Source: Bacteroidia bacterium | Lineage (GTDB): Bacteria > Bacteroidota > Bacteroidia > 2-12-FULL-35-15 | DNA: 45,506 bases | Assembly: GCA_036170695.1 (NCBI GenBank) | Contig: JAVHPR010000218.1 | Location: 1-45,506, forward strand | Direction: 5' to 3' | Shown: positions 1 to 9,413 of the stretch, piece after piece | Numbering within the stretch: position 1 is the stretch's first letter | How the letters are laid out: each line of letters opens with the position of its first letter | Notes under the pieces: generated by a model | Told to the model about the DNA's origin: nothing | Seen by the model: the letters and a program-made list of their open reading frames with translations, nothing else | The model's database searches: none | Translations under genes and position numbers: made by a program

Positions 1-2409
1 TACTTCGGGATAAGCGTTTTTCCAAAAACTTTTTAAGTCCTGTGTAATTTGTACAGGCTTGTATCCGGGTGAAAGTAAATGTAAAATTACTTTTGTTCTA
101 CCTTCATTTACAGTAGGAGTGTCAAGCAGTCCAAACATTTCCTGCAATCGTACAGCAAGCACAGGGCTTGTTCCATCAGCCTGATAAGTCAAAGAAATTA
201 CTGAACCACTTGGAACTTTTATTTTTGAAGGCGCGATTGTCTCTAATAGCTGTTTTTGCTGGTAAGACAGCAAGCCCGACAAAATATTGAATAAATCAAG
301 TTTGAAAAAATCTTCTCTTTTTTTAATTGTTGTAATAAACGGTGCAAGCCATTCCTCAAGCGTATTTAATAAATGTTCATCGCTTAAATCAGGCAGCTCT
401 TTATTTGGCCTCCAAATATTGAAGCTTGATACCCGGGCTTTCCAATCAATTAGTTGTTCAGTTTGGTTAAAAAGGGAAAGGCCTTCTTTACGGATTACCT
501 CACATAAAATTTTGATGCGTTCCTCATCAGGAATAATTTTCAGAGGTTTACTTTCAAGAATAATATCACCAATTCGTTTTTCATTTCTCGCAATGAGCAC
601 TCCATTTTGGGCATCCCAGGCTATTACTTTTTTTTCTGTCGCGAGGTGAAAAATATCATCAGGACTAAGTGGTGCAGCAAGGAATATTTTCCCTTCTGTG
701 GTGCCGGCATCAAGGTGTGCAACTGCCAGGTATGTTTCGTGACTTAATGGATCATGTTCGTCCAGTTTCACAATTTTTCCATTGGACAAGCGGTACCGAT
801 GGCTTTGCTCTCTCTGTTTGGCAATCCTTTCGGGATAAGCAGCCGCTAATAGCTTCCCAACTTCCTGGTCAATCGGCGCAGTATTATCCTGCGAAACAGA
901 AAAGTATTTCCGCCATTGTGATGCAAGTCGTTCAATACGTTCCAGCACATTTTTATCGGCAGTAACATATTCTTTACTTCGCCATTTTCGAAGTACCTCT
1001 ATCCGTAAAGTAAGATTAGCGCCTGCTTCTTTTGGTAAAGGATCGCGCTCTTCCAGTATGGCAGCAATATCAGTAGCAAGAGCTATTAAGCCATATTCAT
1101 AACCTTCTAATAGTAGGTGAGCAATGCGTGGATGTGTTGGCAAACGAAGCATTTCCCTGCCACGTTTGGTAATTTTGGATGAGTGTAAGGCACCAAGTTC
1201 TTCTAATACGCGTTGTGCCTGGCTTACAGCGCTGGCGGGTGGTGTACTGAGCCATGCAAGGGTATTCATGTCTTGTATTCCCCATTGAGCAAGTTCAATA
1301 ATCATGGGTGCTAAATCGGCTTCCATGATTTCGGGTTCACGGTGTGGTAACAAGTGTTGCTGTGAAGCCTTATTCCAGAGCCGATAACAAATTCCGGGTG
1401 ATGTTCGTCCTGCCCGTCCTGCCCGCTGTGTTGCCATATCCTGTGTTACCCGTATGGTGTCCAGACGCGTTAATCCTGTTTTGGGATCAAACCGTGGAGA
1501 TCTGCAATAGCCGCTATCAATAACTATTTTAACTCCTTCGATTGTTAAACTTGTTTCAGCAATGGAAGTAGAAAGCACTACTTTACGTTTCCCTTGCGGA
1601 TGGGGCAGTATAGCTTCCTGTTGTTTTTGTAATGGAAGATCGCCAAACAATGGATGAATGCTGATGTTTGAAAGTTCAGTTTCTAATAATTCCTTTGTAC
1701 GTTGTATTTCGCCTGCACCAGGCAGAAATACAAGTATATCACCCTCATGATCAGCAAGTGCTTTGCGAACGGCTTTTGCCATTTGTGTTGCAAGGGAAGC
1801 GCTTGTGTTAATTGATGTTGAATTATTGTTTTCCGGCGGCAAGTAGAATTGTTCAATCGGGTATTGCCTGCCCTCGCTTGTTAATATCGGCGCATTGTTG
1901 AGCAAAGACGAAAGCTTTTCCCCGTCAAGCGTTGCTGACATAATTAAAATCCGTAAATCTTCACGTAATACCTGCTGCATTTCGCGACATAATGCAAGTG
2001 CTAAATCGGCATGTAAACTGCGTTCATGAAATTCATCGAATATTACCAGGCCAACATCTTCAAGTGTATTGTCCTGTTGAAGCATACGGGTAAGAATACC
2101 TTCGGTTAAAACTTCAATACGTGTTTGTTTACTTATCTTATTGTCGAATCGTACCCTGTAACCAACTGTAGTGCCTACTTGTTCACTGATTAGTGAAGAC
2201 ATGCGGTTCGCAACAGCTCTGGCGGCAAGTCTGCGTGGTTCCAGCATTAAAACTTTTTTTCCTTTTAACCAGGGCTCATTTATTAGTTGAAGCGGAACAA
2301 TAGTGCTCTTTCCTGCTCCTGGAGGGGCTTGCAGTATAATTGTATTATGAAGAAATAATTTATTTTTAAGTTCAGGAATGATTTCCAGAATAGGGAGTTG
2401 ATCTGACAT
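1..2409 (-). CDS. hrpB: ATP-dependent helicase HrpB (DEAH-box); the C-terminal end runs off the window start
   Basis: Absent from the supplied ORF track because no stop lies in the window. My translation of the minus strand from ATG 2409..2407 gives MSDQLPILEIIPELKNKLFLHNTIILQAPPGAGKSTIVPLQL...LEPRRLAARAVANRM...VIFDEFHERSLHADL...ILIMSATLDG (Walker A GAGKS, DEFHE box, SAT motif). Spot checks at 1261-1320 (ADLAPMIIELAQWG) and 1-60 (KPVQITQDLKSFWKNAYPEV) stay in frame and look like HrpB. Confidence 0.9.
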   Translation of the reverse strand, partial: MSDQLPILEIIPELKNKLFLHNTIILQAPPGAGKSTIVPLQLINEPWLKGKKVLMLEPRRLAARAVANRMSSLISEQVGTTVGYRVRFDNKISKQTRIEVLTEGILTRMLQQDNTLEDVGLVIFDEFHERSLHADLALALCREMQQVLREDLRILIMSATLDGEKLSSLLNNAPILTSEGRQYPIEQFYLPPENNNSTSINTSASLATQMAKAVRKALADHEGDILVFLPGAGEIQRTKELLETELSNISIHPLFGDLPLQKQQEAILPHPQGKRKVVLSTSIAETSLTIEGVKIVIDSGYCRSPRFDPKTGLTRLDTIRVTQDMATQRAGRAGRTSPGICYRLWNKASQQHLLPHREPEIMEADLAPMIIELAQWGIQDMNTLAWLSTPPASAVSQAQRVLEELGALHSSKITKRGREMLRLPTHPRIAHLLLEGYEYGLIALATDIAAILEERDPLPKEAGANLTLRIEVLRKWRSKEYVTADKNVLERIERLASQWRKYFSVSQDNTAPIDQEVGKLLAAAYPERIAKQREQSHRYRLSNGKIVKLDEHDPLSHETYLAVAHLDAGTTEGKIFLAAPLSPDDIFHLATEKKVIAWDAQNGVLIARNEKRIGDIILESKPLKIIPDEERIKILCEVIRKEGLSLFNQTEQLIDWKARVSSFNIWRPNKELPDLSDEHLLNTLEEWLAPFITTIKKREDFFKLDLFNILSGLLSYQQKQLLETIAPSKIKVPSGSVISLTYQADGTSPVLAVRLQEMFGLLDTPTVNEGRTKVILHLLSPGYKPVQITQDLKSFWKNAYPEV

Positions 2410-2524
2410 GATGGAAAATTATGTAATATGTAATAATTAATATGTAATTGGGGGTTGCCAAATTAGCAGCAAATTTTACATATCAATGTCGTTTTTTAAG
2501 GAAATTAAATGCCATCACACTTTT

Positions 2525-2767
2525 TCGACTCCGCTACCATTGACGTGTTTTGTAATTAACAGATTATCAATTAGTTATCGTGTCATCCTGAAGAGCCTTT
2601 TTGGCGATGAAGGATCTTCTTTATAGTATGAAGATTCTTCATCCTTCCAAAAAAATGGAAGGATGAAGAATGACAGGATAATTTAATTACGTCATTTTAT
2701 ATTGCTTTTTTTGAAAAAAATAACCGCTCGAACTGACTGCCAACACAGTCAGTTCGAGCGGAGTCGA
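2525..2767. repeat. Composite palindromic intergenic element
   Basis: Outer inverted repeat tcgactccgct (2525-2535) / agcggagtcga (2757-2767). Inside are a perfect 15-bp hairpin, attcttcatccttcc (2634-2648) / ggaaggatgaagaat (2657-2671), and a perfect 16-bp hairpin, ccgctcgaactgactg (2724-2739) / cagtcagttcgagcgg (2746-2761). Confidence 0.55.
2709..2761 (-). terminator. Likely rho-independent terminator of the ABC transporter gene
   Basis: The 16-bp perfect stem (2724-2739 / 2746-2761, 6-nt loop) lies about 80 nt downstream of the minus-strand stop at 2843. On the minus strand it is followed by ttatttttttc. Confidence 0.55.
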
Positions 2768-2842
2768 GAACCGTGCGTGAGGATGTTTCGTTAGAAAATA
2801 ATATTCTTTAAAAACGAAAGTGTATTATATATAACACATTTT

Positions 2843-5800
2843 TTACGATACTGGAGCCTTTTTCCCTATCTTACTGAAGAGTGATTCAAGAAGGGTTATG
2901 AATTTCTTTAATACATCAAAGTATAGTGTAATGCCTAGGAACAAAGACATTACCCAGATGACACTTAAATTAAACCAAAAGGTATCATAATATCTGTTCA
3001 AAAACTTTTTTCGTGGGGCGAAAAAGTGAGCGCGTCCCAAATTAGATTCTGTAGGATCAAGATAGATAGGATTTGTTTTTTGGATATAAGCACCGTTCAA
3101 ATCCAGTATTTTATACATGGAATTTCTATTCGTAACTAAATCAATCAGGCTTTCATTTTCATAATCGTCTTTTGTTTGTAAATACTGAACCTGAGAAACA
3201 CTGTCTTTATTCATCGAGGATACAACTTTATCTTTTGCATCGCTATATTTTTTATAGGTCTTAATATAGTTCATTTTCAATGAAGATAATAAGTCCCGGA
3301 TTTCTTTTGCGACGTCAGGGGTGAATGTTTCAATAGATAAGGTTGCCATGCTGGGGGAACTGAGTTTCTCATTGTCTTTCAGCCTTAATTCTTTGGAGAT
3401 TTCGCTTTTAATCATTTTTAAGGCGTCGATCACTTCCTGGCGATTGTCTGGTTTTTTGTAAATTTCTTCGCAATTATCTAATTTCTTTGATAAATCGGTC
3501 AACCAATAATCTTTTTTATAGGTTGCAATACTTATTCCCTTATCGTATTTATACAGATTTTTATTAAACTTGTTGTCTCTGAACTGTTTAACAGCAAGGG
3601 CTTCAAAAGCCCACCTGGAAGTCATTATTTCACCTGTAAATGGTACGAAAGTTTGAGAGGAGATACTGGGATTCAGTTTGTCAAATTTTACAATTACACC
3701 ACTTAATATTAATTGAGGAATAATTAAAAATGGAATTAAAATGTAAATAGTAACTGCTGAATTGAAGCTTGCAGAAATATTTAAACCCAGCATATTTGCG
3801 AAGCACGAAGAAGTGAATAATACAATCCAATATTCCCCCCACATTCCTTTTATTTCAAGAACAGAGTTACCAACCAATACAAATAAAAGAGTTTGTATTG
3901 CCGATAATACGAACATAATAGTGATTTTGGACCATAAATAACTTCCTTTGCTCAGGTTCAGGAACGATTCTCGTTTTTGAATTTTCCGGTCACGGATAAT
4001 TTCTTCGGCACTCACCGTTAAACCAATAAATAAGGCAACCACCACCGACATAAACACGTATGCCGGAAGGTTCTCGTTTTCACGAAAAATATATCCTACC
4101 TTATTTGATAAATCGGTATTGTAATATTTAATAAGAAAGGCCAGGATAAATGCTAGAAGAGGGGCTTCCAGAAAATTTATTAAAAGATACTGTGTGTTCG
4201 TTAATTTGGATAATACATCGCGGGTAACAAACACCTTAAACTGCTTGAATTTACTGGGGACTTTAAAAGTGCTTTCCGGTATTTCAGAAAGTTCAGTAAC
4301 CTCTTCAACTCTTTTCTCGATTTTTTCTTTATAATGACTATTCCACTCTGTGGCTGATATTTTACGATTTTGAGTGATGTTGCCAAATTCGTCTAATACT
4401 TTCGATTCAATAATATTAAATACCTGTTCGGGGTTCACGTTACCGCAAACGATACATTCACTTTCGTTGGAATTTACGTGGTTTACAACTGTTTTGAAGT
4501 ATATTACAGAATCTACAGGGTTGCCGTAATAGATAGGAAAGCCGCCAACGTCAAGTATCATCAGCTTATCAAACATTTTGAAAATATCGGATGAGGGCTG
4601 ATGAATAACCACAAATACAAGCTTTCCTTTAAGGGCTAACTCTTTAAGCAAGTCCATAATGTTTTCAGAATCGCGGGAAGAAAGTCCTGAAGTAGGCTCA
4701 TCCACAAACATTACTGATGGCTCACGAATTAATTCCAACGCAATATTTAATCGCTTACGCTGTCCGCCTGAAATTGTTTTTTCTAATGGGCTGCCAACTT
4801 TTAAATCGCGGGTTTCAATCAAACCAATGCTGGTTAATACATCCACCACCATTTCAGAAATTACTTTATCACTCTTATCTCCGAAACAAAGTTTTGCGTT
4901 ATAAAAAAGATTTTGGAAGACAGATAATTCTTCAATCAATAAATCATCCTGGGAAACCATTCCGATAACGCCTTCAATTTTATTTTTTTCAGTATGGATA
5001 TTAATACCGTTAATCTTTACAGAACCGCCACTAGGTATTTCGTTGCTGTTTAAAACATTAAGTAATGTAGATTTTCCAGCACCGGATCCCCCCATGATAC
5101 CGATGAGTTTGCCGGAATCTTCGCTGAAATTTATATTGCGTAATCCCAGTTTGCCGCCTTTAAATTTGTATTCAAGATTTTTAACTACAAATGACACTTT
5201 CGCTTTAGAGGTATCACTCATAAAGGTGCTTAAAATATCGCTGTAATAGATAGGCTTTACTTTCGAGTTGCGTAATGAAGAGCCGGGTGTTAAAATAAAT
5301 ACTTTACCCTGGGTTAATATCTGACCATTCAGATATAAATCGCTTTTACCGAAATAGAGAAGGGCGTAAATATTTACGCTATGAATCCATAATATACGGG
5401 CGTGTCCGTCAATCCCTTCAGAAAAAATATGTTTGGTTTCTCTATACGGATGTTCCGTTTCGTTATTGATTAAAAGGATTTTTGAAGAATCAGGTGTTGC
5501 GCCTTCTTTTGCTTGTATAAAACTCATACAACTCTTAAACTCTTCCTCTACAATGTTAAATGTTTCGGCAACCGTATTTACAAACTCATACTCCTGCTCT
5601 GATATTTCGATATTTGAATTTATAAACTCAAGCAAACGTAATAACACAACTACTTTTTGTACCTGGGTAAGCTCACCGTTTATTTGAGTGCATATCTTTA
5701 AAACTTTTACCGAATTAAGGGATGTGCGTTTGGCTGTACCGTCTTTCTTTTTGGTTACCTGATGATGCGCTTCCAGGAATTCGTCAAATATTGCTAAGTA

Positions 5801-5935
5801 TTGAGTAACCGCCTCCTGATTTAGCTGTTGTTTCAAAAATGACTGTACAATTAAGCGTCCGCTATCATTAATGCCATCTACTTTGGCAATAATTGCAAAC
5901 ATTTGCATTAACGCTTTTAAAATCCGTTCACTCAT
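2843..5935 (-). CDS. Fused ABC transporter ATPase/permease (ABCG/ABC-2 type) with N-terminal TerB-like and FHA-like modules
   Basis: 1030-aa ORF with Walker A GGSGAGKST, ABC signature LSGGQRKR, Walker B VMFVDEPTSGLS and an IHQPS H-loop region. These are followed by multiple hydrophobic helices (ABC-2 permease) and a long C-terminal extension ending in one more TM helix. The N-terminal calls (MSERILKALMQMFAIIAKVDG... and GHARILWIH...LYLNGQIL..GKVFILTPGSSL) are pattern-based only. Confidence 0.88.
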   Translation of the reverse strand: MSERILKALMQMFAIIAKVDGINDSGRLIVQSFLKQQLNQEAVTQYLAIFDEFLEAHHQVTKKKDGTAKRTSLNSVKVLKICTQINGELTQVQKVVVLLRLLEFINSNIEISEQEYEFVNTVAETFNIVEEEFKSCMSFIQAKEGATPDSSKILLINNETEHPYRETKHIFSEGIDGHARILWIHSVNIYALLYFGKSDLYLNGQILTQGKVFILTPGSSLRNSKVKPIYYSDILSTFMSDTSKAKVSFVVKNLEYKFKGGKLGLRNINFSEDSGKLIGIMGGSGAGKSTLLNVLNSNEIPSGGSVKINGINIHTEKNKIEGVIGMVSQDDLLIEELSVFQNLFYNAKLCFGDKSDKVISEMVVDVLTSIGLIETRDLKVGSPLEKTISGGQRKRLNIALELIREPSVMFVDEPTSGLSSRDSENIMDLLKELALKGKLVFVVIHQPSSDIFKMFDKLMILDVGGFPIYYGNPVDSVIYFKTVVNHVNSNESECIVCGNVNPEQVFNIIESKVLDEFGNITQNRKISATEWNSHYKEKIEKRVEEVTELSEIPESTFKVPSKFKQFKVFVTRDVLSKLTNTQYLLINFLEAPLLAFILAFLIKYYNTDLSNKVGYIFRENENLPAYVFMSVVVALFIGLTVSAEEIIRDRKIQKRESFLNLSKGSYLWSKITIMFVLSAIQTLLFVLVGNSVLEIKGMWGEYWIVLFTSSCFANMLGLNISASFNSAVTIYILIPFLIIPQLILSGVIVKFDKLNPSISSQTFVPFTGEIMTSRWAFEALAVKQFRDNKFNKNLYKYDKGISIATYKKDYWLTDLSKKLDNCEEIYKKPDNRQEVIDALKMIKSEISKELRLKDNEKLSSPSMATLSIETFTPDVAKEIRDLLSSLKMNYIKTYKKYSDAKDKVVSSMNKDSVSQVQYLQTKDDYENESLIDLVTNRNSMYKILDLNGAYIQKTNPIYLDPTESNLGRAHFFAPRKKFLNRYYDTFWFNLSVIWVMSLFLGITLYFDVLKKFITLLESLFSKIGKKAPVS

Positions 5936-6041
5936 TTATTTTTAATATGTCAATTATCATTATCATGTATTTCTTTTATGTTCTGGATATATCATTTACC
6001 ATTTAACAAAATATGAAATACAGGGTTTATTCGGTTTTTTA

Positions 6042-6081
6042 GAAAAAAAAAGACACTAATACCGTAGTAGTTAATGTCTTT
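6042..6081 (-). terminator. Likely rho-independent terminator of the 6099-6542 gene
   Basis: Stem aaagacactaa (6049-6059) / ttaatgtcttt (6071-6081) with one G-U position. On the minus strand it is followed by a run of T, 18 nt after the stop codon. Confidence 0.55.
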
Positions 6082-6098
6082 GTGGGATATAAGGTATT

Positions 6099-6542
6099 TT
6101 ATTTTAATTGTTTAAAGCCAATAAGAACAACGGCTCTTCCCGAACTTTTTGATCCTTCGCTATCAAGTTTAGCCTCAATGATGCAATCAAGAGTACTATT
6201 GACTTTGAAATCCCAAAAAGGAGCATTTTTAAAATCTTTGTTGGTAAATAAAAGATTTCTTTCAGTATCAGTATCATAAACCGAAAAAACAAGATCTCCG
6301 TCTCTTAATCCACTGCATGCTGCGATACGATAAATCGTTCCGCCGTAAAGTGTAACGTGAAATTCGGCCGTTTCGTCAGTATTCATCAACAAAGCGCGAT
6401 ATTGTTGCCCATCAGAAATAAATTGAGTTTCAAAATGTTTTGCACATATGCTTGCAACAGTATCCGAAATTTGAGCTGAAGCAGTGTTTAGTATTGCAAA
6501 TCCGCAAAAAAACAGTATTGATTTTAAAATTCCTTTTTTCAT
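6099..6542 (-). CDS. Small secreted protein, function unknown
   Basis: 147-aa ORF with a signal peptide, MKKGILKSILFFCGFAILNTASA-Q. It has its own downstream terminator. Confidence 0.65.
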   Translation of the reverse strand: MKKGILKSILFFCGFAILNTASAQISDTVASICAKHFETQFISDGQQYRALLMNTDETAEFHVTLYGGTIYRIAACSGLRDGDLVFSVYDTDTERNLLFTNKDFKNAPFWDFKVNSTLDCIIEAKLDSEGSKSSGRAVVLIGFKQLK

Positions 6543-6680
6543 ATTCTATAATTAATTTAACTTGTTAATCTGTTAGTTTAATATTCAGAGTAAAAATTTA
6601 AGAGCCAAGAAGCAAGATGTTGTTCGTTTACTATTTTCTTTTTGTCTTAATTCTTGTCTCTTGGTTCTTACAATATTTTT

Positions 6681-7574
6681 TTATCCTACAATCTGACTTC
6701 TGATTGCTTTTACTTTTTGTGTAATTGATTCAATTTGCTCAGCGGTAATTTTCACATCTGTTTTGCTGTTGATGGTAGTTATTTTCTTTTCTACATCAGT
6801 TGTTGGTTTAATAAAGGTGTATTTGAATTCAACACCATCATAAACAGTTGAAAGATCATATAAATTATCAATAAACTTTGTATATTCAGGTTGACTATAG
6901 TATGGTGTTAACAATTTAATCAAACTTTGTAATGATAATTTTTGTTCTGCAATTCTAACTTTAACTTCCTCTTTCGGTTTGGTTTTATATATATCGGTGG
7001 TAAAGTATAAGCTTTCAATCCAGCCACCTGCAAGTACAAGCCCGCTAACATCATTGCGGTCGTTGGATTTCAGGTAGGCATCACTAGAGCGGTAGGCAAC
7101 GCCAACTAAAACAAGCATTGAATCCTGGTTGCCAAGATTTTTTGTAAACCGGTCTATTGTTTTTGCATCAAAGGCGGCAGATATTCCTAAGCCGTCTGAT
7201 AGTTTTTTTGCTGCGTTTAAAAAAGCAATAGCATCTTGCGATTGATCATAAATGGTTACATAACCTAAGTCAGAACCATAAATACCAAGGTTAAGAGCCT
7301 TTGAAAAATTAGTAGAATACTGCGATGATTTATTGGCAGCATTTAAGATGCTTTTGCTATAACCAGCTCCGCTTCCCTTGATTAAGAGCGCAGTTTGAAT
7401 TGGTGAAGGGATACTGAAAATTTCTCCACCAATTGGAATAATAGAACCCATGGTACTGTCAACTGCAGGTACGTCATCCGGTTTTTTCCCGTTGTCATTA
7501 CAACTTGAGGCTAATACTGCGGAAACTGTCAATGCCGTTAATGCTCTTCTAAATGTGATAAATTTCAATCTCAT
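6681..7574 (-). CDS. Putative lipoprotein, function unknown
   Basis: 297-aa ORF with a signal peptide and a lipobox-like LASSC. Confidence 0.7.
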   Translation of the reverse strand: MRLKFITFRRALTALTVSAVLASSCNDNGKKPDDVPAVDSTMGSIIPIGGEIFSIPSPIQTALLIKGSGAGYSKSILNAANKSSQYSTNFSKALNLGIYGSDLGYVTIYDQSQDAIAFLNAAKKLSDGLGISAAFDAKTIDRFTKNLGNQDSMLVLVGVAYRSSDAYLKSNDRNDVSGLVLAGGWIESLYFTTDIYKTKPKEEVKVRIAEQKLSLQSLIKLLTPYYSQPEYTKFIDNLYDLSTVYDGVEFKYTFIKPTTDVEKKITTINSKTDVKITAEQIESITQKVKAIRSQIVG

Positions 7575-7810
7575 TTCAAAATGTGTTTATTGGTGTATTT
7601 TTATACTTATGAAAAGAATGAACAAAAATAATACTTTATCTGTTAAACTCAACAAAAGGAAGCTATTATTTTTTGTTTTTTGTAAGGCTCAGGCTTTCAG
7701 CAACTTAGGGTTGTTCTAATGATGTTCTTAACCTATAATGCACAAATAGCGTATTTTGAGTTTTAAAACTACTGTGCAAATTTTATTGTTTAGTTCTCGA
7801 ATTGCTTATC

Positions 7811-7857
7811 AGACCTCTCCCCCAGCCCCCCTCCTTGAAAAAGGAGAGGGGAGACCG
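7811..7857. repeat. G/C-rich CTCCCC...GGGGAG-type hairpin repeat
   Basis: agacctctcccccagcccccctccttgaaaaaggagaggggagacc; cccctcctt pairs with aaggagagggg. The motif family recurs at 9247, 11586, 18518, 18620, 42164, 45174 and 45261. Confidence 0.5.
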
Positions 7858-7928
7858 TGTGTTATGATTGTGTTTAAGTAATTTTCAAGAACAATAAATT
7901 TAAAATAAAACAATATTGCCGAATTCAA

Positions 7929-7936
7929 TATCTTTG
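7929..7936 (+). promoter_or_regulatory. Bacteroidota-type -7 promoter box (TAnnTTTG)
   Basis: TATCTTTG lies 40 nt upstream of ATG 7976. It falls inside the TTG-initiated extension of the ORF track, which supports the shorter start. Confidence 0.4.
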
Positions 7937-7975
7937 CCAAAAATAGTGAAGGTGGAGAAAGAAACAGATTTTAAT

Positions 7976-9145
7976 ATGATTGCCAAAACCATATTTGGTT
8001 TGGAAGATATATTGGCGACAGAATTGCAACGGCTTGGTGCGCGCAATATCGAAACTCATAACAGGGCTATCAGTTTTGTCGGCGATAAAGGTTTTATGTA
8101 TAAAGCCAATATATGTTTACGCACAGCTTTGCGTATTCTGGTTCCTATTAAAACATTTACTGTCAGTGATGAAAAATCTTTATATGATTCCATCCAGTCC
8201 ATTAACTGGGAGGACTATATGGGTGTTACTGACACGCTGGCCATTGATACTGTATTAAATTCCGATTTGTTTACCCATTCCCAATACCTTTCTCAAAAGG
8301 CGAAAGACGCCATTGTTGATCAGTTCCGTGCCAAACATGGTGAACGCCCCAATGTAGATTTGGACAGACCCACGTTACGGATTCATTTGCATGTTTTTAA
8401 AGATAAATGTACTGTTGCTTTGGATAGTTCAGGAGAGTCGTTGCACAAGCGCGGTTATCGTGATAAAACAAACCTGGCGCCCCTGAATGAAGTATTGGCT
8501 GCTGGTATGATATTGCTCAGTGGTTGGGATAAGCGCAGCACTTTTATTGATCCCATGTGTGGCTCCGGAACTATTTTAATCGAAGCTGCAATGATTGCAA
8601 ATAATATTCCCCCGGGATATTACAGAGAAGAGTATAGTTTTGAAGGCTGGAAAAAATTCATGGCTTTTGACGAGGAATTATATAATACCATTTTTGATGC
8701 AGCTATTGATAAAATTACAAATCACGAACAGCAAATTTTAGGAGGTGAGCTTTCGCCGAACGTAGCAAAAAAGGCAAAAGAAAATATCAAGCATGCAAAA
8801 GTGGATGACATTGTTTCTATCAAAATATGTGACATCAAAGATTTTGTAGTTCCACCCGGTCGTGGGGTGGTCATATTAAATCCGCCATATGGTGAACGGA
8901 TGGTGAAAGACAATATCGAAGAACTTTATAAAAGTATAGGTGATTCTTTTAAGAAAAACTTTTCGGGATATGATTGCTGGGTGATTAGTTCCAATATGGA
9001 GGCTTTTAAACATGTTGGTTTGCGGCCATCACGAAAAATTGCCTTGTTCAATGGGCAATTGGAATGCAGGTTTATGAAGTTTGAAATGTATGCCGGGACA
9101 AAAAAAATTCATAAACTTGTGGATGGAGGGAAGAAGGACGGTTAA
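7976..9145 (+). CDS. THUMP-domain class I SAM-dependent RNA methyltransferase (RlmL/RlmK-like)
   Basis: SAM motif I DPMCGSGT and catalytic motif IV NPPYGERM, with an N-terminal THUMP-like region. The ORF track starts at TTG 7916; I prefer ATG 7976 (MIAKTIFGLEDIL...). Confidence 0.85.
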   Translation: MIAKTIFGLEDILATELQRLGARNIETHNRAISFVGDKGFMYKANICLRTALRILVPIKTFTVSDEKSLYDSIQSINWEDYMGVTDTLAIDTVLNSDLFTHSQYLSQKAKDAIVDQFRAKHGERPNVDLDRPTLRIHLHVFKDKCTVALDSSGESLHKRGYRDKTNLAPLNEVLAAGMILLSGWDKRSTFIDPMCGSGTILIEAAMIANNIPPGYYREEYSFEGWKKFMAFDEELYNTIFDAAIDKITNHEQQILGGELSPNVAKKAKENIKHAKVDDIVSIKICDIKDFVVPPGRGVVILNPPYGERMVKDNIEELYKSIGDSFKKNFSGYDCWVISSNMEAFKHVGLRPSRKIALFNGQLECRFMKFEMYAGTKKIHKLVDGGKKDG

Positions 9146-9246
9146 TTTTGCAATGTGCTGATGTGCTAATTTCTAATTAAACAATTTGCAGCAGTCAATA
9201 TGCAAAGAACAATTTTACAATTTACCAGGAGGCAACTTAGAATATA

Positions 9247-9287
9247 CTCCCCCTTGAGCGTTGCCTGTGTGATAGAGAAGGGGGGAG
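9247..9287. repeat. G/C-rich hairpin repeat (CTCCCC family)
   Basis: actccccc (9247-9254) ... gggggag (9281-9287). The flanking tail cgtgtgt resembles the tail of the copy at 7811-7857. Confidence 0.45.
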
Positions 9288-9413
9288 CGAATGCTCGTGT
9301 GTAGTCGGGGGATGTTTTTAATTTATTTGTAATGATTTGTAATTTGTAACCAATGTGAATTCGTTAATCCAAATAAAAATTCGTAATTTGTATCTAAAGA
9401 AATTTATAATAAG

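Noticed and set aside
287-965. Plus-strand ORFs 287-649 and 669-965 (120 and 98 aa)
   Set aside because: They lie antisense to a continuous, motif-rich HrpB reading frame on the minus strand, and their translations are low-complexity with no recognisable features.
7916-7975. TTG-initiated 20-codon extension of the THUMP methyltransferase
   Set aside because: A TAnnTTTG promoter box lies inside it (7929-7936), and the conserved THUMP N-terminus starts at ATG 7976.
9146-9413. Possible riboswitch or sRNA in the 268-bp leader of pfkA
   Set aside because: I recognise only repeat material there (tgctgatgtgctaat, the CTCCCC hairpin, and tttgtaa x3 at 9326-9349). I see no conserved riboswitch core sequence. 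This cannot be excluded without a covariance-model scan.
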